A stretch of DNA of 63,795 bases, counting the filler, from Klebsormidium nitens (Eukaryota > Plantae > Klebsormidiophyceae), in NCBI GenBank assembly GCA_000708835.1. It is 6 parts of 6 records of this genome, joined end to end, with 100 filler letters (N's around TTAATTAATTAA, not from the genome) between each part and the next. Parts side by side here need not be neighbours in the genome. Positions count along the whole stretch, not along the records: positions 1 to 14,679 come from DF238034.1; positions 14,780 to 31,432 come from DF237983.1; 4 more parts are not named here. The stretch is one strand, 5' to 3'. Below, piece after piece: positions 13,501 to 24,464 of this stretch. The position numbers and the translations under genes are program-made. The notes under the pieces were generated by a model. The model did no database searches, had not been told where the DNA came from, and saw nothing but the letters and a program-made list of their open reading frames with translations. Numbering within the stretch: the first letter of the stretch is position 1; each line of letters opens with the position of its first letter.

Positions 13501-13888
13501 CCCCCTCTGGTTCCTGATCCCAGATCGATCCCCCGTACTTCTGAGCAGCATCCAAAGAGTCCACCTCTTGCCAAAGGATCGATTGCCTGGTAGGTGACTG
13601 AATCAACGGCGGCAGATCTGTGGTGTTTGATACAGAGAAGTCTGCTGTTGGAGGATACTTATCAAGAGACTGGTGTTCAGCTTGGGGCGCGCCAGCTGGC
13701 AATGATTTGACAACCCAATGGGGGGGGCACCGAGCGCCTAAAGCTGTCCCAGGAGGGCTTGGGAAGAGTGTAGGGGGGAAGGGCGGCTGATTGTGGAAAG
13801 GCGGCGGGTCCTTGACTGCCTGCGCTGCGATATGCAATTGGGGGGCTGATGCCAGTGCGCGGTGAGAGAGCGACTGGGCTGCAGCCAT
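10503..13888 (-). CDS. DUF98/Ycf21-family chorismate pyruvate-lyase-like protein with long N-terminal extension (putative plastid transit peptide)
   Basis: Exons 13888-13447, 13031-12937, 12546-12541, 12058-11837, 11596-11412, 10647-10503, with all phases matching. Motifs PPWRMMLLSDGSVTRHLQLLT, ERLVYAASWW, APIWTNL and FWARHYTFYVEGRPLTLIYEVFS match the cyanobacterial/algal DUF98 family as I recall it. Confidence 0.85.
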
Positions 13889-14679
13889 TGGAAACAGGGC
13901 ACAGCTGGCGTGTTGGAGCTGACAGATACAGGCAACCACGGATCGCTTGATAATGAAGGGGTCAAGCTTGTTATAAACTAGGCTCAATAAAGGTTGCATG
14001 CAGCTGGACAGTTTGTCTGCAAAGTACAGTTTACGCTAGATGGTGTCTCTGCAAGCTCCGAACTTCACAGATCCTGCTGCCTTTGTTCACCGATCGAGAA
14101 ACGGGAGACCGTATTTTGACAGCGCAAACCTTAGAGCGAGATGGCTCCTAGTCCGACTTTTCGAAAGCTGGGGGCTGAGGCAGATCATAGACTGTGCAGA
14201 GATCAGATGCGAACTGCATAGATCAGGTGCACGATGAAAGTAGCTGACAATTTTGAAGCTGTGATCCCACGTCAAGCAAGCAAGACGAAATCCTTCCGCG
14301 CAGCCCTTGAGTATTCCTAACAGTACTCACTTGAACCTACTGAACGTATATATAGAAGCGCTGCACGTTTGCTGGCCCGTTTCTTGAGAGCAGACTCTGA
14401 AGCACCTGCCTACCGATCACGTCCTTACAAATCTGAGCTCCAGCCTTCACGTTTTGAAGTTGGACGGCTTTCTCAAGTTTGTTCCAGGGCTCTGAGCTAG
14501 GATCCGAGTAAGGTCACGACGAACCTAATGCGGTATGCGCTCGTGTTGATGTTACGGGCACTTCAGGACCTAGGTATCTTCAAGGTCTGAAAGCACCTAG
14601 GAGGCTAGGACCTAGGCTAGCAGCTTTGATCAAAAGTACTGCTTACCTATAATAGTACCACTGCCGAAGTTTGGTTTCA

Positions 14680-14779
14680 NNNNNNNNNNNNNNNNNNNNN
14701 NNNNNNNNNNNNNNNNNNNNNNNTTAATTAATTAANNNNNNNNNNNNNNNNNNNNNNNNNNNNNNNNNNNNNNNNNNNN
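14680..14779. other. Assembly gap with TTAATTAATTAA linker
   Basis: 100-nt N run with TTAATTAATTAA at 14724-14735 (stops in all six frames). Confidence 0.98.
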
Positions 14780-14863
14780 CCTATATATACCTCTGCCATG
14801 ATTGATGTCAACAACTTGAACCCGCCCGGGGCGCCCGAGTGATTCCAATTTTGCCCGGCCAAC

Positions 14864-15392
14864 CGTCTACCGTAGGTAGACGGTCAGCTGCAACTTGCGC
14901 GTTGACCCCAATCACCAACCGGGCGGAAAATGTTGATCCCGGCCTACCTTTGATGATCATGACGTACATTATCGATTATGTCATGATGACGTCCTTTGGC
15001 AAGTTTCCAGGGACTGGCCGGGGGACTCCACCGGGGGCCGCCCTATCCAACTTCATCCCCGCCGACCGTAACTCAAACCACAGTTCGCCGCCCGGGGCGC
15101 TGGCCGATGCCTGTCCAGTGTCGCCCATAATTCATCGAAGACACGCCTGCTTGTTTAGAAGTTTAGATCGACACCGAACTTCATCGACGCGTCGACGGCG
15201 GCACCGCGACCGATACCGGTAACTCTCGTGTGACCTAACGGGCGTGTGACCTAAGATACGAGTTACCCGGGCATTGCAAATTAAAAACTGAACCCAAATA
15301 ATCACCCGCTCCGCACCCCGACTCAACCCTATTAAACCACCATAGCAACCCCACCCGCCACCCGGGTGCATACCGGTATCTTAGGTCACACG
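14864..15392. repeat. Non-coding repeat or MITE-like sequence with hairpin and inverted repeats
   Basis: Perfect hairpin ACCGTCTACC-GTA-GGTAGACGGT (14864-14886). A 17-bp inverted repeat CGTGTGACCTAAGATAC (15243-15259) / GTATCTTAGGTCACACG (15376-15392). The internal motif AATCACCCGCTCCGCACCC recurs near 20136. Confidence 0.45.
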
Positions 15393-16147
15393 GCCGACGG
15401 TCTGCCCCAGCCCCCGCGGCCCGGGCCGCATGGTTGCATGGCTTTTACGATAATTACGATAATCAAATTCACGAACCAACCGTGACATACCTACCTAACC
15501 GGCTCAGAACATCCGGGACCCGGGCAGATTGCTGAGCTGCTGAGTGACGTTGCAGGGGTACATACCTACTACCTTGTAGGTACAGTACCTCGTACCGGGT
15601 AAACATCCTTCTGGTCTCGCAGAAGCAGCCACGTGGCAAGACAGCAGTCACGCAAGGCTGCCATCTGGCACAAGCAAGTCCGTTTGTTGAAACTCGGTCA
15701 GAAGGTGGTGTGCCAGCTGCATGCTGGTGCCACCAGCAATGGTACCTAAATTAGAGTCGTGAACGGTGAAGACCCTGGCCAGCTGGGCCTGGGCTCCGGC
15801 AGGCCGCAGGCGGCCATTGTGAACCACGGTTTAGGTTACGGTTTTAGGTAAACAGGTATCATTTCTGAGAGAACCATGATTCATGGGGCTCTGTAAACAT
15901 GCTATATAGGTACAGCACTTCAGAAGAAGTTGCTCCGCAGCGTACTGGTTCATCAGTGCCATCAATCCTTCATCAATCACAGATTGACAAGCAAAGAAGA
16001 GGCCAAAAGGTCGTGCCATATGCTGAAGCGGTGAAAGCGGCAACGCAGGAGTGTCCACTGAGTCGGTACGTGTGGTATTAGATTCTGCAGTGTCGCCTTC
16101 AGAAACCCGCAGTCTTTACTGGTAGACACAAGAGCACAGATTACACG

Positions 16148-19100
16148 ATGTCCGACGTCGGCGCAACTGCTGACACGACGCCAGCATTATCTGGAGGCAC
16201 CAGGCTGCGCCTGATCACAATCAGTGAGCCAACTACAGCAATGCCGCTTACTCTTTGACTCCATTGTGCAGCCGGATCATAGATGAAAGATATATTGAGA
16301 ATGGCATCGAGTTCGTCATTTATCAGAGTGTGGTGCAACCATTTACGAATCCTTCTTCTGAGGAAGCGAACTTTGACAGAAACCTGTTACAACCCACTTC
16401 AGGCCCATGTGAGCCCCTTCTTTCGTTGATTCACGCCGATGATGCCACATCTCACAAAAGTCGCAAGTTAAGTCTTCTCGTTGATCAGCATCAGTGGCTT
16501 TTTGCCGCACCCCCCTCGAAGATATTTGCTTGGATTTGCAGCCGTCTCCCACTACTGCGAGAAAGCGCGGTGGGCCCTTGAGAAGCAGGGGGTATCCTTC
16601 TCTGAGGAGGGGCATCTGGCGGTTCTCCATCTCTTAGCCACCAGGTAAGTGCGCAGCCCAGATTTCGATGATAATAGTGACGGGAGCTGTTTGTCTTTGT
16701 GACATTTGATGCGACTGCAACAAGCTTTCTCCCGCTCGATTGGAAGCAACACAGTTATGGGGAATAGTGTCGGGAGATAATTGACTTCCAGTCTCCCAAG
16801 TTGGGACCCTGCAAAAAAGTGCAGAATCAGAAGTTGTCATGCATGGGGGCGTGCCGTAAACTGCAGTCTCTTGCAAGCCTGTGATTCTGGAATGGCCAAG
16901 CACGACCAGAGCTGTCGTTGAAAGTTGAAAGTTGAAACTGAAAGTTGTGATTAGTGATTAGAAGGGCCGGCGGGGGGGTAGCAAAGCATAGCAAGGGGTG
17001 CAACTAGATCAGGTCTTTTTAGGGTCTTGAGTCTCTTTTACTCTGCAATGACTGCTCAATGAAAGGGTCCAGTCTGCTGCCAGAGCTGTATGAGGAAAGT
17101 TAGCCCCAATTCCCTCAAGCAATCTGGGAGCTCCTCAAGAAGTAATCTCCAGATTACTTATTGTCAAATCAAGCTTCAAACTTCACAGTCAGGCAACTTG
17201 AGAGCGCTTGGACGTATGCCGCCCTTGCTGAGAAAGTCTAGCCATCGGTTTTAATTCTTCTCTTGCTTCCGATCGATCTCAATCAATCTTCATTAAAAGT
17301 CGAGTTTAGTCTTCTGAATTTTGGAACTGCGTCTACAGGTGGGCAGGCGGGCCGCGGACGGTTCCAAAGCTGGTTATCGAAACCACGGGCTCCAACCCCG
17401 GTTTAATCAACGAATCGTCTGACATCATCCGGTTTGCGGATGAGCACCGGGCGTCTGGAAAGGGGACGCTGTATCCAGAGGACAAGGCGGCGGAGATCGA
17501 TTCGTGGAGTGCGTTGGTTCTGTTCCTCTCGATTGCTTTTTGCGTGAATGATGTTGCATCGCGCAACTGGATGTAAGCTAATTCTGACTTGACAGCGGTG
17601 AATGAGATTCTGATTCAGTGGAAGAATTCTGCTCTACAAAGAACCGATGGGATGAGCTCTCTGACGTCATGCCGCTGACGTCATCCACGTGCTGCCGTGC
17701 AGTGGAGAAGTTTGACAAGGAGATCGGGCCGCACGTGCGGCGGTGGGCATACTACCACCTGCTACGAAGCGATCGCGGCTTCGAGGTCTGCTTTCAAGGC
17801 AAGCCAACTGGAGCCGTTTCGTGATGATCCTGTTTGTGAGGCCTGCGTTCTGAGGAAGCTGCTCCTATTGTTTATTACGTGGACGAATGGACATTTGCCT
17901 CAAAGTCTACTCAAGACAAGTCGGTGAAACTTGCACTGAGCTTTCGTTTGTTTCAAAGTTGCATCGGAGCAAGTGTTTACGTGCCTCTTACCAGAACATC
18001 TCTGACAAAATTACGTCGGAGCTTCGGCTCCAGTCTCTCTTCGTCAGCTGCTCTGTTTCAAAGGCAGACCAAAGCAGCCTGCTCGGATGATTACTCTTTT
18101 AGTCCCTCTGTCCGGTCAGTACGAACCTGCCATTTGAGATTCGCTCTTCCTCTAGGCACAATGACTTTACTTTGGTTGTGTTGCCGGTTTTCTCTGTTCG
18201 TTGGAAAAACAAAAGTCGGGTCTCAGGATCAAAAAGCTTCAGAAAAGCTTTGAAAAATCCACAGCTGAAACACACTCGGCACGGGACGTTCCGTTGTACT
18301 TGCGAAGTGGCTACTTCAAAGAACGAAGCTTGTTCAGTTTTGACGTTTGAACTCACGGATTTCTTCGACCCGCTGCCAGGACGTTCATCCCCGCTTGAGC
18401 GCACGCTTGATTGGGCGCCCTTTTTTAACCCAATATCATGCACGGCGTTACCCAGCTAAATCAGCAATTTGCCCGCTTGTTTTTAAAGTCACAAACTTTC
18501 ACTGTCATGGAAAATGTGTGGGCTCGTGCACAGACTTCTGATCGTTCTAGCCCCTGCCAGTCCCAGACACAGATTGGCCGAATAAGCTTTGTAATTTGCC
18601 GCGCTCACCCGCATCTCTATTCCCAATTGGCACGTCCTACCTCGAGGTCACAGTCTTTTTCATATGAACCCATTTTGTATGGGTAAACTTCTTTTCGCCT
18701 TCTCAACCCGCCTTTCGCAGCTCCTTCTTCAACCACGTCTCTAGTCTGTGTCTTCACTCTTAATACCAGGTTGCACGTCTTCGCTCGAGGGAACACCTTC
18801 CTGGACTTCGTGACCCGTCCTGAAGCCCATGTACGGACAGAACTCTAACCCCCTTCCTAACCCGCCCTTCGAAGCCACTTCCTCAACTCACGTCTCTAAC
18901 CCGTGTCTCTACTGGTGTTGGCAGGTGGCACGTCCTCGCTCGAGCGCACCGTCTTCTGGACGTCGTGGCCGGTGCTGAAGCCCATGTACGGACAGGCGTT
19001 CAATCTGACGGAAGACGGCTACAGGCGATCCCTGAGCAGGCTGGAGGCAGTATTCACCGAGGTACTGAATGAAAATGGTGCTGAGACTCGGTTGAATGTT

Positions 19101-20742
19101 AGAATTCTCTGAGAACCTTTTTCAAAGCGGACGTCCACTTCCGATGGCAGAGACGTGCTTTCGTTCTCTGAGAAGGCTGGCCGCAGTCTTGAATCAAGCA
19201 GAATCTTAGCATTTTAATTGCAGAAAACGAGTACTGGATGGACGGTAGATTCTGCTCATTGGACTGCTTTTCAAGGCGAGAGACTTTCTATCACTCAGTC
19301 GAACTGTTTTCTTTGACGCGCATTGCAATGATCGTGCGACAAGACCAGACCAAACCACTCACCATAGACTTCCGTTGCCTCAGTCGTTCTTCCGCTAGGA
19401 CTTTGATGTGCTCCGAAGCTCCTAGCTACTTCGGAGTGTTCCGGAGCCATTCCGAACCTCCTACCGGTCAGCGTTTCACCAGGATTCGTGCTTGTCTTCC
19501 GGAGTTCAGATTCGAGCATCATCAATCTGGGTACAGCAGGGCGCGTGAGTTTGAAAGTCGTAAGGCCGTAAGAAGGAGTAACGTCTCCTTCTTTCATTCT
19601 TTCTTGTTCAAAGACAAATCTCTCGTGCTCTCCCTTCCAGGTTGACAAGACGCTGGCGGATGGTCGGCCGTACTTGACGGGCGACCAGTTCACTGCGGCG
19701 GACCTGACGTTGGCGGCCTTGGCATACCCTGCCATTATGCCGCCCGAGTAAGGAGGCTCTCCTGGCTGTCTCCTCTTCCTCTTGATTCCTATTCTGCTTA
19801 CCTTACTTGTTACAGTGTGCGGATCCCGTTGCTGCTAAGCCTCGTCTTTCTCGTTCCTATCTTCTTGTATTCATCGGGCTCTGTATCGTCATGCGTATGA
19901 ACTTTCCGGCACGCGATTATATCTCATTTGGCAAGTCTCCTGCTGTCCGTTTAGACTTTTGTGGCAAAGTTTCTGCTCTTGAAGAAGCTTACTTCCTCAT
20001 TCCTTTGCGTTTCCCTCGCTTCTTTGTATCAGTGGGCGGCAAGAGACCCAATCAATCTGGGATGTCTCTTCAATTTAGCAATAGTTAGCTCTAGCAATAG
20101 TAAGCTCCTGCGCTAACACTAACCCTAACCCACAGAATCACCCGCTCCGCACCCGAACCACCCACCCTAACCCCCAAACTAACCCTACCCGTCCCAGGCT
20201 GGTTGCCTTACTAATGCTAAAGCTTACTATTGCTCTATATCGAAGATTTTTCAATTTGATAATCTAAACGAGTGGGTCGGCCACACTCAAGCGGGTCCTT
20301 TCTGTCTATTTTCACCTTCTCAGGACTCCTCTCGATTGGAACTTGATTTTTCCATGCTTGCCGAGTTGTGCACGGCTCTCCTCGTCTCGTGCTTGTCGTC
20401 TCGAAGCTCGTCTCCGTAGGTTCTGATCACCTCTCACTGCACTTTCTGGCATTACTCGTTGCTTACTAAGCCCTGCAACCCTGTGCAAGCCGTCTGGGTT
20501 TGCTACTGCGTAGGCTGAGGCTCGTTCCGCTCGTCTTTCTGTCTACTTCCGCTTCTTCGTACTACACATTGTAAGCAAAGAACGTAGTACAGATTCTAGG
20601 AATCGCCTCAGAAATGTGAAACGCACTAGAGTATCTGGGGTTTCCTTGCAGGATGAAGGTGCCCAAGTTCCCGCCCGTGGACCGGCTCCCCGCCGAGATG
20701 CGGGACCTAACTCTCGCATGGAGAGAGCGGCCGTTTGGCAAG
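16148..20742 (+). CDS. Glutathione S-transferase family protein, bacterial-type with SHYC motif; last exon not resolved
   Basis: Exons 16148-16223, 16542-16644, 17339-17508, 17703-17798 (GC donor), 18925-19061, 19641-19747, 20652-20742, all phases consistent. Motifs LITITVSHYCEKARWALEKQGV, TVPKLV, NESSDII and LADGRPYLTGDQFTAADLTLAALAYP. Confidence 0.85.
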
Positions 20743-23700
20743 GTACGACCAATTTCGGGATTTTGATCTGCTCCTTTCAAGCGAACTATGTCAAAAACTC
20801 CACGCTTTTCTTTTTCCAGCGGGTTTCGTTCGTGTGGCAAGACGCAATCGGTGAATCTCGTCCTTTGCCGCTCAGAGGTGGAGCAGCTTACGGCTCACTT
20901 CGGGTTCAATAGCAGCGGCGCCCTTCTACCAGTTCGGGTGTGTGACGCATTTGTTCTCTGGCAGCATTGTGCATTTACGTAATGTCCGCGTGTCCCTTGA
21001 CGTTTTGAGCATCGTGACTAGGCGAGTCGATTACTCAAGTGTCCGAAAGCTCCAGGAAGTGTGTTATGGGTGAGGGATAGAGTATGGGGCCCATCTCAAG
21101 CCGAGCGTTCCTTCCCGTTTCACAATAGGAGCCACAACTTTCTGCCCTTATAAGCTGCCGTGATCAACGCCGACCCCTCTCCTAATGAACCAGGTACGGC
21201 GGCTTTCAGGCTTCGACAAGAACAGGCGTCTTTTTCAGTTTTCAATTCGATTTGCGTTCCGCTTTACTGTGGGGGTGTCTCTCTAATATCCAGTGCCTTT
21301 TTGTTGTGCAGTTGGTTCTGAGGGCTTATGAGAAGGAGCGTCACGGCATGTGAGGAAGTGCAAGGTGCAAGCGCAACCGAGTGTAGATAGTCGTAATCAG
21401 ACGGGTTTTTGCTAGACGCCTGTGCTTTAAGCGGGAGCAGATAGGCATACCCTATGGAACGCTCGTAGATCGACATCTCTCTTGATCTCTTGAGCATTAG
21501 CGAGTCAAAAGAATCAGAAGCAGCCGGTGTTGAAAGCGGCGCTCGATGCGTAGTGTTTCAATTAGAAGCCTATATATACGCATAGCTGCACACACGATCA
21601 GCCTTAACGATCAGACAGCTCACCGTGGCATCACATTCAGTTCGCGTAACGACCCATTTGTAAGAGATTCTGATCAACACGCAGTGGTTAAGAATTTGAC
21701 TCTGAAGTTCTCTCTGGAACTGGGCTGCAAATGTTTGTCGGAGTATGAAAAGCACTCGGGTCGTATTCCCATCTTGCTACTGTTGGGTTTAGTGGACACC
21801 CCTTCACGAAGGCGGCTGGCTTTCTATCGCGGTTCATGTAAATTAGCAACCTACTGAACGTTGGAATGTCGTTTGCCAGCTGTCAGTATACGGGCATAAC
21901 ATGAATTTGCACTGTGCAATCCATCCCACGGGATTCTACGACGGACCAGTGATTCAGTGATCAACTGGCCGGCCCGACCTGGTTCATCTGACAACGCACC
22001 ACTATCGGCCAGCGAACTCAGCGCTTCGAGGCTTGACGGGACGAGGCTTGGTGGTACGTGGGTGGTACGGGGCCCCAAGGTATGTCATGTCCCCTTTCGT
22101 CAGATTGGTTCTCAGTGTCTCAGTCACGTTTGCGATCTGAAAGCATAACAATACTAAGAACGAGGAAGCAGAAGCTGCATTCCTGGCTGCGGCCTGCTTG
22201 CGCTGTTTGATAGCGTGGCGCGGCCGCATGAGGCGCGGCCGGCACAGCGCGTTAAGATAGCAAAACATGACCGGCCGCCCGCCTCGGAGAGGCGGCGGGG
22301 GCTTGCCTCTTATCGATGCAAACCGTGGTTTTTCATCTATCGGGTTTCAGGCTGACTCTTAGGCCGGTATTTGAGACCCGACCTTCGTGCATGGATCAAC
22401 CATACGTAGTAGCATGTAAACATCATCCCGGTACACTGTGTCACCCGGTCAGACTGCCCCAAGTTAGGGGCCCCAAAGTGACTGACACCGAGAATTAAAC
22501 TTCGAAGGGCGTTACAGCGTTACGTTGGGTTCATTCGAGCGGCTACGCGGGCGCATTCGACGGCGAGGCAGTTTCGACGCAGCCGCGCGAGGGAGTCTGA
22601 AACGAAGTGGCCATAAGGGTGTGCCACTTTGTTTCGGCTTTGCTGTACGTTTCCCGTCGAACGCCAGCCAAGCCGAAAATCCAGCGCAGACTCGGGTCAC
22701 TCGGGGCCCCGCATCGGCGTCGTACAGTGTCGCCCGAACCGCGACGTTCCCCAAATACTATAGCTCTCAGTCTCTTTACTAAGAGTAAAGAGGCAAGCCA
22801 ATATGTACGCAAGGTATAAGATTCCCCGCAAACTAGTTACTGGCAATGTCCATCTTTATGTACGTGTCACTACAACATGCGTCCGATGCAAACATATCAA
22901 AGGACCTGCACCATCGATCCAATGTTCTGTTCTAATTCATGATTCCGCGCATTAATTGGAGACCCGTGAACGCAAAGCTTATGGGAAGAGAACAGGGGTA
23001 GGGCCCAGGGGCCGTAGTACGTACTAGGGCCTGCAAACTGTCGCCGTCGGAAGACAAGGCCCCCGGGCCCAGGCCCAGGGCCAGGGCCAGGGAGCCCTCA
23101 GGAGTCAGGAGTCAGGATGAGAGAAGGATGAGAGAGAAGAGTCGGAGCCTGGTCTGAGTCAGGGCGAAGCTTCAATTTTCAAGCTGTTCAGTTTGCTCTC
23201 ATGCACTGTCAGTAGTATTTAGTGACTCCCAGCTCCCCTCAATAAGGTGTAAATTCGGGAAGGAAACGAGCAGATTGTCCATCAGGTATTTTGAAGGCGT
23301 GAGTGAGCTGGAAGGGTTCTTCTGGATACAAGCAGCATCCGAACAGCAGTGTGGTTACACCACAGCAAAAGCCGCTAGGGCGCACGTGTGAGGACCTCTC
23401 ACCACATCATTTTTGGTGAGAAGCGGCTCTTCTTTGCGCCAGCGACCTTGCACTTGGTCCAGATCTTTCTGCAGCGGCAATTGGAAAGGAGTTGTTGGCT
23501 GCCGCTGTTTGTCCTCTGATCTTATCATAACTCCAGCAGCTTAGTACCGCAAGTCTTGGCCCCAAAATCTGGGAGGCTTCTTTGGTTGTTGAATGAGGTG
23601 CCACAAAGCCTTTGAGGGTGATGGTGCATTGTGTGAACTTGTGCTTCATTTTTGTACATCATTATTTGTCAGAAAAATTTTAGGTCAGAGAATTTTAAAA

Positions 23701-24464
23701 CTTATATCCCACATACTCATGAAAGCTGTAAGATCCTGATCAGAAAGCTGGGGCAGAAATGTGTCTCCAAAGGCTCAAAATGCAGTGCCATTCACAATCA
23801 CAAGTATTTTAAACCATCGTTCACAATGCTGTGGGTGAATAGTTTTGTGGCTGGATACCTTCAACTACCAGGGTTTTGCTGATTTGCAGCTGATGAGTCC
23901 GCAAAAGTGAGTAGACTAGCAGGGAAGTCTTCACGAAGGTGTTTGAATTTGTGGAGAATATGCTTCATACATCTCATCTGGATCAGAGTTGAATTTGGCT
24001 GATCACGACAAGTTTCAATTCAAAGCAGAAGTTCCAATTGACATGGGACCCTGGTAAATCTATCAAGGTCTGCCCAATTTTGCCACCCAGTCTGAGTTGC
24101 TTATTTCAGAGAGTCACTTCAGTTCAAGTTCAAAGATGAGCGATCGACCCGGTGAATCCCCTGTAATTTCCGCAAGACACTCTGTTTTTTCCCCATAGTG
24201 GTTACGCCTCAACTCTGCGTTAAGGCTAGGCCCCTTCTGAAACTGGCGGCACTTTCCAGACGCCTTCTCAACATTTAAGTATCCTGCTCTTTTTTGATGC
24301 CGCTGACCTCTTCCTTTCCTTTCTCCTGCAGATTTTCAAATAGGATTTCCATTAGTCGATTGAACGCCGCACTTCAGCCTGCCCTTCCAAGGACTGGCAC
24401 AGTCTGGAGATCACACTTTGGACCACCACTTTGAGACAATCTTTGAAGGAAAGTGACGGGGCCA

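Noticed and set aside
14724-14735. TTAATTAATTAA palindromes inside N runs (also 31477, 38343, 44332, 56562)
   Set aside because: Artificial scaffolding linkers. They also mean that physical linkage of the viral-like segments to the flanking host genes is not demonstrated.
20743-24300. Terminal exon of the GST gene and any further gene in this interval
   Set aside because: No acceptor gave the expected short C-terminal helix and no ORF had recognisable motifs; the region looks like non-coding repeat-rich DNA.
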